From assembly GCA_021801645.1 (NCBI GenBank), contig JAJYXT010000036.1:5396-69395 (forward strand): a stretch of 64,000 nucleotides of DNA, in the 5' to 3' direction. Positions within the stretch are counted from its first letter, which is position 1. Each line of letters starts with the position of its first letter. Source of the DNA: a bacterium. Lineage in GTDB: Bacteria > Chloroflexota > Dormibacteria > Aeolococcales > Bog-877. Both the position numbers and the translations under genes were made by a program. Positions 1 through 8,797 of this stretch are shown one piece after another. The notes beneath the pieces were generated by a model, which did not search any database, was not told where the DNA came from, and saw nothing but the letters and a program-made list of their open reading frames with translations.

Positions 1-1606
1 CCAGGCGGTTTACTGTCAGCACCACGTCGGCGGTCTCGGATGAAACGCTGGCCCCGCGGGCTCCGATGGCCACGCCAACGTCGGCCAGGGCCAGCGCCGG
101 GGCGTCGTTCACCCCGTCCCCGACCATCATCACCGGGCCCTGACGGCGCTCCATCTGCACCACGTCAGACTTGTCCGCCGGGGTGCGCTCGGCGAAGATG
201 TCGTCCACCCCGACCGCGACACCGATCGCCTGGGCGACCTCCGGGCGGTCCCCGGTGACCATCACCACCCTCTCGATCCCGGCCCGCCTCAGGGTTCGCA
301 GTGTCCGGGCCGCGTCGGGCCGCACCGGATCGGCGAGCAAAATGACGCCTGCGGCGTCCGGCCCAACCCGGACGAAGACGGTGGCGGCGCCCTCCAGCTC
401 CGCGCGGCGGCGCGCGGCGCGTACCCACGGAAGATCCTCGGTGGCTCCGGAGAACGACGCCCGGCCAAGGGCGACCGGGGTTTCCTCGACCACGCCGGAG
501 ATTCCCGAGCCGGCCACTTCCCGGACCCCGGTTGGCGTGCTGAGGGTCTGACCGGAGAGGCGAGCCGCGCGCACAATGGCGCCCGCCAACACGTGGGAGG
601 ATGCCTGGTCCAGGGAGGCCGCGAGGCGCAGGATGTCGGTGCCGGGCCGCGCCCCGGCGCTGAGCACGTCCGCTACTTCGGGCTGGCCGATCGTCAGCGT
701 GCCGGTCTTGTCGAGAAGCAGGACCCTGCAGCGGGCCAGCTGTTCCAGGGCCCCTCCACCCTTGACGACCACGCCGCGGCGTGCGGCGAGCGACAGCCCG
801 GAGACGATGGCGACAGGCGCGGCCAGGATCAGCGGGCAGGGGGTGGCAACCACCAGCACCGCCACGGCCCGGACCAGGTCGCCGGAATAGGCCCATGCCC
901 CCCCGGCGATCAGCAGCGTGGCCACCAGGAACCAGGCGGCGTAGCGGTCGGCGAGACGCACGAAGGGAGCCGTGGATGACTCCGCCTCCCGGACCAGCCG
1001 CACGATCGCGGCGTAGCTGCTGTCCGCCTCGCGGGCGGTGACCCGGAGGTCGAACGGGTCCCCGGAGTTGACAACGCCGCTCCGAACCGGCTCCTCCGTA
1101 AGGCGCTCAACCGGCAGTGGCTCGCCGGTGAGGGCTGACTCGTCCAGCACCGCCAGCTCGCTGGCGACAACGCCGTCCACCGGGACCACGTCCCCGGAAC
1201 CCACCAGCAGGAGGTCGCCCACCTCGACTTGCTGGAGCGGGATCGTCTCCACGCCAGCAGGTGTGTGCCGCTTGCCCACCTTGGGGGCTCGCTGGAGGAG
1301 GGAGCTCAGCTCCCGGCGGGCGCTGGCCGCCGCCCATGCCTCGAGCGCCCGCCCGCTGGCCACCATGACGCCGATCACCGCTCCAGCGAGGTACTCGCCC
1401 ACCAGCAGGGCCCCGGTCAGGGCAAGGAGGGCGATCACGTCTACTCCCAGCCGGGAGCGGCGCAAGCCGTCGACTACCCACCAAAGGCTGGGAGCCGTCG
1501 CTAGGGCCGTGGTCGCTACCCAGCTGGCACCGCCGGCCCTCGAGAGACCGAAGAGCGTCAGCCCCCCGCCGACCGCCAGGCCCGCCAGCGTCGCCGCCAA
1601 CAGCAT
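1..1606 (-). CDS. Heavy-metal (P1B-type) P-type ATPase, no N-terminal metal-binding domain; C-terminus cut by window edge
   Basis: Not in the ORF track because it has no stop inside the window. My own minus-strand translation gives MLLAATLAGLAVGGG...TGEPLPVE...VVATPCPLILAAPVAIVSG...LLLDKTGTLT...MMVGDGVNDAPALALADVGVAIG. ATG at 1606; GTG at 1609 is an alternative. Confidence 0.9.
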   Translation of the reverse strand, partial: MLLAATLAGLAVGGGLTLFGLSRAGGASWVATTALATAPSLWWVVDGLRRSRLGVDVIALLALTGALLVGEYLAGAVIGVMVASGRALEAWAAASARRELSSLLQRAPKVGKRHTPAGVETIPLQQVEVGDLLLVGSGDVVPVDGVVASELAVLDESALTGEPLPVERLTEEPVRSGVVNSGDPFDLRVTAREADSSYAAIVRLVREAESSTAPFVRLADRYAAWFLVATLLIAGGAWAYSGDLVRAVAVLVVATPCPLILAAPVAIVSGLSLAARRGVVVKGGGALEQLARCRVLLLDKTGTLTIGQPEVADVLSAGARPGTDILRLAASLDQASSHVLAGAIVRAARLSGQTLSTPTGVREVAGSGISGVVEETPVALGRASFSGATEDLPWVRAARRRAELEGAATVFVRVGPDAAGVILLADPVRPDAARTLRTLRRAGIERVVMVTGDRPEVAQAIGVAVGVDDIFAERTPADKSDVVQMERRQGPVMMVGDGVNDAPALALADVGVAIGARGASVSSETADVVLTVNRL

Positions 1607-1652
1607 CACGCCCCCGCGGCGATCAACCAGCTCCTGGAGGCGTAGCTGCCTG

Positions 1653-3941
1653 TCAGTGGCCAAGCGAGCGCTCCCTAAGGACCCGACTGATGGCGGGCTC
1701 CACCCGGAGCCACAGGGCTGCCACTGCCACCGCGCCCACCCCCACCGCGGCGGTCTCCGCCAGCACCCCGGGGGGCGGGAAGGAGATTGAGAAGACCTGT
1801 CGGGTGAGCGGGATGGAGACCGCCACGGCCCCCAGCCCCACCATCGCCGCCACCAGGGCGGCCCTGGGCCAGTTCATGGGCCTGCTGAGCCTGGCCAGCA
1901 CCCAGATGCCCACCAGGAATAGCGCCAGGGCGGCCGCCGTCTGGCTCTGGACCGAGGTGACCTGGGGATTGGCCCGCGCCAGCTGGTAGGCGCCGAGCAC
2001 CGCTCCGCCGCCGGCCAGACCGGCCGGGATGGTGAAGGCCAGAACCCTGGCTGTGAAGCCGGAGCGGGCGCGTGGGTTGCGGCGGCCGAGGGCCAGGAAG
2101 AACCCTGGGATACCGATGGTGAAGGCGCTCACCACCGTTAGGTGGCGCGGGTAGAAGGGGTATGGCACCGCCAGGATGCCAATCGCCAGGGCCAGCATGG
2201 CGGCATAGACCGTCTTGGTCACCACCACCCCGGCGACCCTCTCCACATTGTCGATGACCCGCCGCCCCTCCGACAGGATCATCGGCACCGCCGCGAAGGA
2301 GCTGTCCAGAAGCACCACCTGTCCCACCGCCCGGCTGGCCTGGCTCCCCGAGCCCATGGCGATCCCGATGTCCGCCTGCTTCAGTGCCGCCACGTCGTTC
2401 ACCCCGTCGCCAGTCATGGCCACGACGTGGCCCGACGACTGGAGGGCGGCGATCATCTCCCGCTTCTGCTGGGGGCCGACGCGCCCGAAGACAGAGCCGC
2501 CGGCCAGGGCCTCAGCGAGAGCCTCCCGGTCATCGCCGAGATGGCTCGCGTCCACCCCGTGCTCGCTCTGGGGGATCCCGACCCGGCGGGCGACCGCGGC
2601 CACCGTCCTGGGATCGTCTCCGGAGAGCACTTTTACCGCTATCCCCTGGCGGAGCAGGTAGGCGACGGTCGGCTCGGCTTCGGGTCGGAGCTCCTCCTGA
2701 AGGCGGACGACGGCCACCGGCCGCAGGTCCTGGGGCAGGGACGAATCCGCCAGACCGCCGGGCGCCGCCGCCAGCAGGACCACTCGCTCCCCGGCGGCGG
2801 TGCTGCGGTCGAGGAGCTCCGTCACCGCGGGATCTGGGGCACCGGGCCTCAACAGGGCGTCGGCCGCTCCCACCACCCAGGCGCCGTGGCCCAAAAACTC
2901 AGCGGCGCTCCAGCGCCGGGCCGATGAGAAAGGCACCGTCTTCAAGCAGCGCCAGTCCGGGGGAGTCGGGAACTCCCGGGCCAGGGCGACCATGGTGGGG
3001 TTGGGGGTCGGGTCGGCGGCGCCAATCGCGCTCAGGACCGGCTCGGGGTCGGCCGGGCCGAGCCGGTCCACCGCCGCGACCCGCATGGTGGGCTGGGTCA
3101 GGGTGCCGGTCTTGTCGATGCAGAGCACGTCGACCCGGGCCAGCCCCTCTACGGCCGGGAGGGTCTGTATCAGGACTCGACGCTGTGCCAGTCGAATGGC
3201 TCCGAGGGCGAAGGCGATCGACGTCAGCAACACGAGTCCCTCGGGGACCATGGCCCCAACCCCGGCCACCGACCCGCGCATGGCGTCCTCGATGGAAGAG
3301 CCGGAGCGAATGACCTGGGCGCTGACAAGCAGGACAGCCGCCGGGACCATGACCCAGGTGACGCCGCGCAGAATCCGGTTGGTCCCGGCCTGGAGCTCCG
3401 ATCTGACCAACTTGAAGGTCCTGGCCTCCTTCTCCAGCCGCTGGGCATAGGCGGCCTCCCCGACCGCCTCCGCGCTGATGTCCCCGGAGCCCGCGACGAC
3501 GAAGGATCCGGAGAGGACAGTGTCGCCAGCCCACTTCTCCGCCGGCTCGGACTCGCCGGTGACCAGTGACTCGTCGACCTGCAAGCCCCGGCTATCCAAC
3601 ACCCTGCCGTCGGCGATCAGCTGGTCGCCGGGGCGAAGCTCAATCACGTCCCCCGGGACCACCGACTCCACGGGGAGTTCCACCACATTCCCGTCCCGGC
3701 GAACCCTGGCCCGGGGCGCGGTGACCACAGCGAGTTGTGCTAGCGCGCGCCTCGCCCGCAGCTCCTGGAGGATGCCGATCGCGGTGTTGACCGCCGGAAC
3801 CAAGGCGAACAGGCCGTCCTGGGGAGGACCGACCACCGCGACCACGATGAAGAGGCCGGCCAGGATGGCGTTGAAGCGGGTGAACACGTTCGCGCGGACA
3901 ATCTCCAGGATCCCCCGCGCCGCTTTGGGGGGGTAGTTCAT
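1653..3941 (-). CDS. Cation-transporting P-type ATPase (P2/CtpE-like, HAD-IC)
   Basis: ORF 1653..4013 carries TGESEP, CIDKTGTLTQ, MVPEGLVLL and MTGDGVNDVAALKQADIGIAMG. I prefer the ATG at 3941 (MNYPPKAARGILEIVRANVFTRFN) because GGGAG sits just upstream. GTG at 4013 is the alternative. Confidence 0.9.
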   Translation of the reverse strand: MNYPPKAARGILEIVRANVFTRFNAILAGLFIVVAVVGPPQDGLFALVPAVNTAIGILQELRARRALAQLAVVTAPRARVRRDGNVVELPVESVVPGDVIELRPGDQLIADGRVLDSRGLQVDESLVTGESEPAEKWAGDTVLSGSFVVAGSGDISAEAVGEAAYAQRLEKEARTFKLVRSELQAGTNRILRGVTWVMVPAAVLLVSAQVIRSGSSIEDAMRGSVAGVGAMVPEGLVLLTSIAFALGAIRLAQRRVLIQTLPAVEGLARVDVLCIDKTGTLTQPTMRVAAVDRLGPADPEPVLSAIGAADPTPNPTMVALAREFPTPPDWRCLKTVPFSSARRWSAAEFLGHGAWVVGAADALLRPGAPDPAVTELLDRSTAAGERVVLLAAAPGGLADSSLPQDLRPVAVVRLQEELRPEAEPTVAYLLRQGIAVKVLSGDDPRTVAAVARRVGIPQSEHGVDASHLGDDREALAEALAGGSVFGRVGPQQKREMIAALQSSGHVVAMTGDGVNDVAALKQADIGIAMGSGSQASRAVGQVVLLDSSFAAVPMILSEGRRVIDNVERVAGVVVTKTVYAAMLALAIGILAVPYPFYPRHLTVVSAFTIGIPGFFLALGRRNPRARSGFTARVLAFTIPAGLAGGGAVLGAYQLARANPQVTSVQSQTAAALALFLVGIWVLARLSRPMNWPRAALVAAMVGLGAVAVSIPLTRQVFSISFPPPGVLAETAAVGVGAVAVAALWLRVEPAISRVLRERSLGH

Positions 3942-4025
3942 CGGCTCCCGCTCGCGCCGAGCCCTCCCCGTGGGCCGGCTCGCGGTGAGGGATACCCGCC
4001 GACTGCCGGGCACCGGCTCGTAGCC

Positions 4026-4289
4026 CTAGGAGGTGGCGGGGCCGGGCGGGCCCGTCTTCCCGGTCCTCGCGCCGGGCGGGGCGGCGATGCGGCCCCAGCG
4101 GAGGTAGGTGAGCGGCCCGATGTAGTTCACGCCGATCAGGATGGCCCACCGCCACTTTGGGCCGCGGACCTGCTCGGGCCTTCGGCGTGCCAGGTCGGTT
4201 CCGGCCACTGCGGTCAGCACCAGCTGAACTGTTGCGGCGACCGCCAGCCCGGCTCGCTGCCACCGGTTCGTCCGTCTCCTGCCACGCAT
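4026..4289 (-). CDS. Small PLDc_N (phospholipase-D-nuclease N-terminal) domain membrane protein
   Basis: C-terminal 87 aa of ORF 4026..4598: one TM segment, then WRWAILIGVNYIGPLTYLRWGR, typical of PF13396. ATG at 4289 is preceded by GAGGGGAAAGGG. It lies 12 nt upstream of the ATPase. An in-frame N-terminal extension is possible. Confidence 0.6.
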   Translation of the reverse strand: MRGRRRTNRWQRAGLAVAATVQLVLTAVAGTDLARRRPEQVRGPKWRWAILIGVNYIGPLTYLRWGRIAAPPGARTGKTGPPGPATS

Positions 4290-4669
4290 GCCCTTTCCCC
4301 TCACGACGGCGCGGCGCTGACCGCCCGATCGATCCAGAACTCCACGCCGAGCAGCCTTGGGCTCCCCATCACGGCCGTCGGGGCGGGTGGCTTGCCCAGG
4401 GTTCTGAACGTCAGTCTGCTCCACCATGAACCGGCTGCGGGCATCCCGCCGCCAGCGGTCATGACGGTGCCGGGCGGTGGGGAACTCTTCTTCCGACCGC
4501 CTGTCCGGTCCGAGGTGAGTGCGCGGGCCGCCTCGACGCCCGCGGGGAGGGCCATGCCCACGCCGGATCTCAGCCGGCGCCGCATGGACGCGAGCCACCT
4601 GCTCCCCGCGGGGGGCTGAGGTTAGAAGGGGTGCCGGCGCCGGACGGGGTCCGGATGCCGCCTGGGGTT

Positions 4670-5392
4670 TCAGTCCGGTGCCGCACGGGCGCCTCCGTTG
4701 GGGCTCGCCGTCGCCTGGACCGTGGGCGACGGCTCAGTTCCTCCGGAGTCGAGCCGGAAGGGCGGGTACTGGTCGGTCATGAGCGCTGTGTAGGCCAGGA
4801 CGCGGAAGCACCAGCGGTCTAGTCCCAGCGTCAGATCGAAGAGCGGCTGGGGGTAGGTGCCGGAAAAGAGCAATGCCACCGCCGCGATCAACACCAGAAC
4901 GGCGATGAGTCCGCTCCCCGTGACGATGTGACCGGGGCCGCCCGGAGCCACCTCGAAGCCCCCGGTGAGGACCACCACGACTAGGTACTGCGGGATGGCC
5001 AGCAGCCACCACTTGATCAGGACCAGCCCCCGGGAGAGGTGCTCCGGGTACTCCACGGCGAAGTCGGCCGGGTAGGTGGGGTCGGAGCGCAGGCTGAACG
5101 GTGGGTAGCGGTCCGTGCCCAGCGCCGCATAGGCGTAGAAGGCCACCCGCCAGCTCCACCGCAGCACCCCGACGTTGAAGTCAAAGATCGGCCTGGGGTA
5201 CCGCCCGGTCACCAGGATGACGAGCCCCGCGACGAATGTAAGGACCCCTGCTGCGATCCAGAGAGCAGCCAAGGCGACCACGTGGGGGATCGCCAGCAGC
5301 CATTTGACCAGCCAAAGCCAGCGACTCAGCTGCGGATCAAGGCTGCCAGTGAGCGAGGCTGGGTAGGAAGTCGCTGCCACTTGACTTTCCAT
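4670..5392 (-). CDS. DUF4389 domain membrane protein (two tandem repeats)
   Basis: 240-aa ORF with a repeated W(L/W)L..IPH/Q...GRYP.P.FDF..G..RW..RV.AY....TD.YPPF pattern. Confidence 0.8.
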   Translation of the reverse strand: MESQVAATSYPASLTGSLDPQLSRWLWLVKWLLAIPHVVALAALWIAAGVLTFVAGLVILVTGRYPRPIFDFNVGVLRWSWRVAFYAYAALGTDRYPPFSLRSDPTYPADFAVEYPEHLSRGLVLIKWWLLAIPQYLVVVVLTGGFEVAPGGPGHIVTGSGLIAVLVLIAAVALLFSGTYPQPLFDLTLGLDRWCFRVLAYTALMTDQYPPFRLDSGGTEPSPTVQATASPNGGARAAPD

Positions 5393-5833
5393 CGCAGTCT
5401 CCCTGGGGACGGAACCAGCGGCCGCTCGCCCCGGGCGGCTCCACCCGGAACAGCCCGGGTCCTTGGTTCAGGATCGCCGGAGGTGCCTGCCCGCGTCACC
5501 TGGAAAGCGCTCGCCGCGATCTGGGTGAATCTACCCGCTGGGACTCGAGGGACGAGTTCCAGCACTCTACCCAGGCCATTGCCAACGCAGGAGCCAACGG
5601 CGGCCCCGGGCCAAGGGGTACGCCTGCGGGCGCGTGCGTGGGATCCGCGGCAGCGACTCGTGAAAGCACGGTTGGCGGGACGTCGTCATTGGCCCATAGT
5701 CGGATGGTGGCCTTCCGTCGCCGCGAGCGTCGCAGAGGTGGATCATGAGAGAGACAAGCGCCAGAGGAACGTTGGGTCAACGGGGCCCGCACGCAGCTTC
5801 CCAACGGGTGGGCGCTCAGGGTGGGCGGCGCCA

Positions 5834-6763
5834 ATGAACGGGGCAGGTGGCGCGACGGGGTACCTCAGAAGCTTCAGGCTGGGGCGCCTGTGGACCGGCG
5901 CCTCAGTCATGGCATCCGTGCTCGGAGTCATGGTGGCAGCCACGGCCTGCGGTGAGGGGCCAGCCCGGCCCGCGCCATCACCTTCGGCCACAGCCTCCCC
6001 GGGCGCCAGCGCACTACCGAGCCCCTCGCCGACGGCAGCCAGCGAGACGTCCACGGTGTACGTCTACCTCATGCGCGGGGGCTACCTGGGGACGGCTCAC
6101 CGCCAGGTAGCCGCCACCCAGGCGCTCGGCCGAGCTGCGATGAGCGAGCTCCTTAGTGGCCCAACCGCGTTGGAGTCACAGGCCGGACTGGATTCCCAGA
6201 TCCCGCCGGGCACCAAGCTGCTCGGCCTCAGCGTCTCTGGGCACGTCGCGACCGTCAATCTGAGCTCGGAATTCGGCAACTCCGGCAGCGCATCTTCAGC
6301 GCTGGCAAGACTCGCTCAGGTCACCTTCACGCTCACCCACCTGCCTGGCGTGAGTCGGGTGCAGTTCCAGTTTCAGGGCCAGGTGCTGACCCGCTTGCTG
6401 AGTGCTCCGGTCCGGCTCGACGAACCGGTGCAGCGATCTGACTTCGAGGGAGTTCTTCCGCCGGTCTTCGTCGAGGCGCCCGCCCCCGGGGATGCCGTCG
6501 GCACGTCGCTCCGGGTGGAGGGCACGGCTGACGTGTTCGAAGCCCAGTTCAGGATCGAGCTGCGCGATTCGCGTGGGAACCTGGTCCTCAGCGAGCCGGT
6601 GATGGCCACTTCGGGATCAGGTCAGCGAGGCAGTTTCGATGCCACCTTCACATACCTAACCAAGTACCCGGGCATCGGGCAGCTCACGGCTTTTGACCTC
6701 TCGGCAAAGGACGGCTCCCGAATCGACGCGGTCTCGATCCCGGTAGTGCTGACGGCATCCTGA
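5834..6763 (+). CDS. Secreted/lipoprotein-like GerMN domain plus Ig-like (Gmad2-type) domain protein
   Basis: 3' part of ORF 5039..6763. The signal-like N-terminus is RSFRLGRLWTGASVMASVLGVMVAATAC. The GerMN-like segment is VYVYLMRGGYLGTAHRQV...LLGLSVSGHVATVNLS. ATG at 5909 is an alternative start. Confidence 0.75.
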   Translation: MNGAGGATGYLRSFRLGRLWTGASVMASVLGVMVAATACGEGPARPAPSPSATASPGASALPSPSPTAASETSTVYVYLMRGGYLGTAHRQVAATQALGRAAMSELLSGPTALESQAGLDSQIPPGTKLLGLSVSGHVATVNLSSEFGNSGSASSALARLAQVTFTLTHLPGVSRVQFQFQGQVLTRLLSAPVRLDEPVQRSDFEGVLPPVFVEAPAPGDAVGTSLRVEGTADVFEAQFRIELRDSRGNLVLSEPVMATSGSGQRGSFDATFTYLTKYPGIGQLTAFDLSAKDGSRIDAVSIPVVLTAS

Positions 6764-7342
6764 ACGCAGCTCGTCGATCCGCGGGCGTCTCGCACCGGGC
6801 GGGGCGAAGCCCCCTCGGTGGGGAGCACGAGTTGACGTGTCCCTCAAGAGAATCTGCACGGGTGGATTCGGGGTGCGGGATTAGCGCGCTGGGGAGCTTC
6901 AACTGACAGACCGCGGCGACGGCCAGTGTGGGCAAGGATACGGCGGCCAGCCGGTGGTCGCCTGAATTAGGGAGATCGGCGCCCCGGTGCAGCAAGGTGG
7001 TGCAAACCGGGGGTGCGCCGGGAATCAATCCGATCCGCTCTTGGCGAAGGATGTCCCCGTCAGGGGGGGCCTGCCGTCTTTCAGCTGCGCCAGCGCCGGA
7101 GTGCCCGACATGGCATCGGATGGGTGGGCTCGGCCACCTCAAGGGCCATGCCCTGGGGGCCGGATCGGAGAGGGGAGAGGCCCCGGCCCGGGCCCGCGAG
7201 CCATGAGGCGGCCCGTCGCGCGAGGCAGGTCCCAGGTGGAAATTTTGGTGAGGAACACGGGGCTCCTCATCAGGCCACCAGCCCGGCGGTGAGGGGGTTG
7301 GTGAGGAGGTCCTGGCCACTGCCACGCCCCGACAGCGGCCGA

Positions 7343-7813
7343 TCAGCCCGGCTTGGTCACATCCGCTACCCGGGCGTCCAGGGTGTCGAGCAGGGCCGCG
7401 GCATCAACGTGGAGGTTTGCGCCCCTAGCTCCCGCGCCGATCGCCACCAGGCCGGCCGCCGCAATGGCGGCGTCCGCCACCACCGGCCAGGCTCTCGTCG
7501 CACCAAATGGAGTGATCGCTCCGCGGTCGTAGCCAGTGACCTGCTTCGCCTCATCCTTGTCCGGGAGCGAGAGGCGCCTGGTACCCAACAAGGCCCGGAG
7601 CTTCGGCCAGTCAATCTGGCGTCCGCCGGGCACCAGCACGAACACGTAGGCGTCCGCCCCCAGCCGCACCACAATGGTCCGCAGGAGTTGAGCCAGGTCG
7701 ATCCCCTGAAGTTGAGCGCTCTCCTCCGGCCCGGAGGGGATCGCGGTCTGAACCACCCGGAACTCCAGTCCGGAGGCGCGCACGCTTGGCAATGCGGGCG
7801 AGTCGAAGTCCAC
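7343..7813 (-). CDS. YbaK/EbsC-type aminoacyl-tRNA deacylase (trans-editing domain)
   Basis: 156-aa ORF with the family-typical ...VTGYDRGAITPFG... and ...AIGAGARGANLHVD... segments. Confidence 0.8.
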   Translation of the reverse strand: MDFDSPALPSVRASGLEFRVVQTAIPSGPEESAQLQGIDLAQLLRTIVVRLGADAYVFVLVPGGRQIDWPKLRALLGTRRLSLPDKDEAKQVTGYDRGAITPFGATRAWPVVADAAIAAAGLVAIGAGARGANLHVDAAALLDTLDARVADVTKPG

Positions 7814-8073
7814 GAGGGTAGCTTAGGTGGACCGCCCGGCGCACGATGCTACCCCTGCCAACCGGTGCTACTCTCCGACCCAACAGCAGGGCCGTGCGGA
7901 ATCACCCCTTCGTGCGCCGGCCGACGCACAGGATGGCTACCAAGGTGTTCCCCCGGTACTCGACTTCGGCAGGCACCTGGCTGGCACGATGTGCGGATCA
8001 ACCAAGATCAGCCAAGATCACTGAGACGAGGCGGAGACGGACCGGGGACGCCGTCCGCCCGCGGGGCCTTTGG

Positions 8074-8159
8074 TGGTGCCAGCAGTGGGAGTCGAACCCA
8101 CACGAGCTTGCGCTCAACGGTTTTTGAGACCGCCGCGTCTGCCATTCCGCCATGCTGGC
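8074..8159 (-). tRNA. tRNA-Leu (anticodon CAA), CCA encoded
   Basis: Reverse complement is GCCAGCATGGCGGAATGGCAGACGCGGCGGTCTCAAAAACCGTTGAGCGCAAGCTCGTGTGGGTTCGACTCCCACTGCTGGCACCA. The 7-bp acceptor stem GCCAGCA/TGCTGGC pairs. The anticodon loop is CTCAAAA, there is a long variable arm, and the T-loop is GGTTCGACTCC. Confidence 0.92.
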
Positions 8160-8179
8160 CCGGGGTTGGCGGCCGCTGA

Positions 8180-8671
8180 TCAGCTTTCCCGATCGTCCAG
8201 GTCCGGGAGGTTCATCTCGTTGACCATCTGTTGGAAGACCTCCAGCTTGGACTCCTCGTCCTCGCCCCGGGGGACGACCGCGGCCTGGTCCATCACCTCG
8301 CTGGCAACGTAGATCGGCGAGTTTACCCTGAGGGCCAGCGCGATGGCGTCGCTGGAGCGGGAGTCGAGCTCCAGATCACGCCCTCCGACCCGGCCCAGGA
8401 TCCGGGCGTGGAAGGTATCGTTGCGGAGCTCCGACACCACCACGCGGGTGATGGTCACGCCGAGGGCCTCTAGCATGTTGGCCATCAGGTCGTGGGTAAC
8501 GGGGCGCTCCGGGTCAATCCCGGACATCTTGAGGGCGATGGAGTTCGCCTCGGCGCTGCCCACCCAGATGGGGAGGAACCGCTCGGCGTCCTTCTCCTTC
8601 AGGACCACGACATGTTGCCCGCTGGGCATGTGGATCCGGATGCTGTCCACCGCCATCTCGATCAGATCCAT
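8180..8671 (-). CDS. Bifunctional nuclease family protein (BFN/DUF151)
   Basis: 163-aa ORF with VVVLKEKDAERFLPIWVGSAEANSIALKMSG...PVTHDL...RNDTFHARI...DSRSSDAIALALRVNSPIYV. Confidence 0.85.
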   Translation of the reverse strand: MDLIEMAVDSIRIHMPSGQHVVVLKEKDAERFLPIWVGSAEANSIALKMSGIDPERPVTHDLMANMLEALGVTITRVVVSELRNDTFHARILGRVGGRDLELDSRSSDAIALALRVNSPIYVASEVMDQAAVVPRGEDEESKLEVFQQMVNEMNLPDLDDRES

Positions 8672-8797
8672 GGGTCCTCACCGCTGAGGTAGTCGGGGAC
8701 GGTGCCGTCCGGCCGGGTCCCGGACCAAGGCCGCCTTCGTGGCCCATGATAGCCCCGGCGGCGGTGGCGACCGGTAAAGTCACAGGGAGGATTCGAC

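Noticed and set aside
5039-5833. N-terminal 265 aa of the 574-aa ORF 5039..6763
   Set aside because: This part overlaps the DUF4389 gene in antisense and then crosses non-coding DNA. The protein only becomes sensible from the signal peptide at 5834 or 5909.
6684-7325. 213-aa minus-strand ORF in the spacer
   Set aside because: The translation is low-complexity Pro/Arg/Ala-rich with mixed codon bias. It overlaps the 3' end of the GerMN gene, and I see no domain. It is probably not a gene, although a decayed one cannot be excluded.
6764-7342. Possible tmRNA, RNase P RNA or SRP RNA in the convergent spacer
   Set aside because: I looked on both strands for GAGGAAAGTCC and ACAGAACCCGG (RNase P), for a GGGG...TCGAC 5' end plus a T-arm/CCACCA 3' end and an ..AA-stop tag (tmRNA), and for GGAAGGAAGCAGC (SRP). 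Only weak partial resemblances turned up (GAGGAACACGGGGCTCC, CAGGTCCCAGGTGGAA). The region is kept as an unexplained finding, not as a named RNA.
7990-8020. Short tandem CCAAGATCA-G-CCAAGATCA downstream of tRNA-Leu
   Set aside because: There are only two 9-nt copies in a non-coding spacer. This is too short to interpret.
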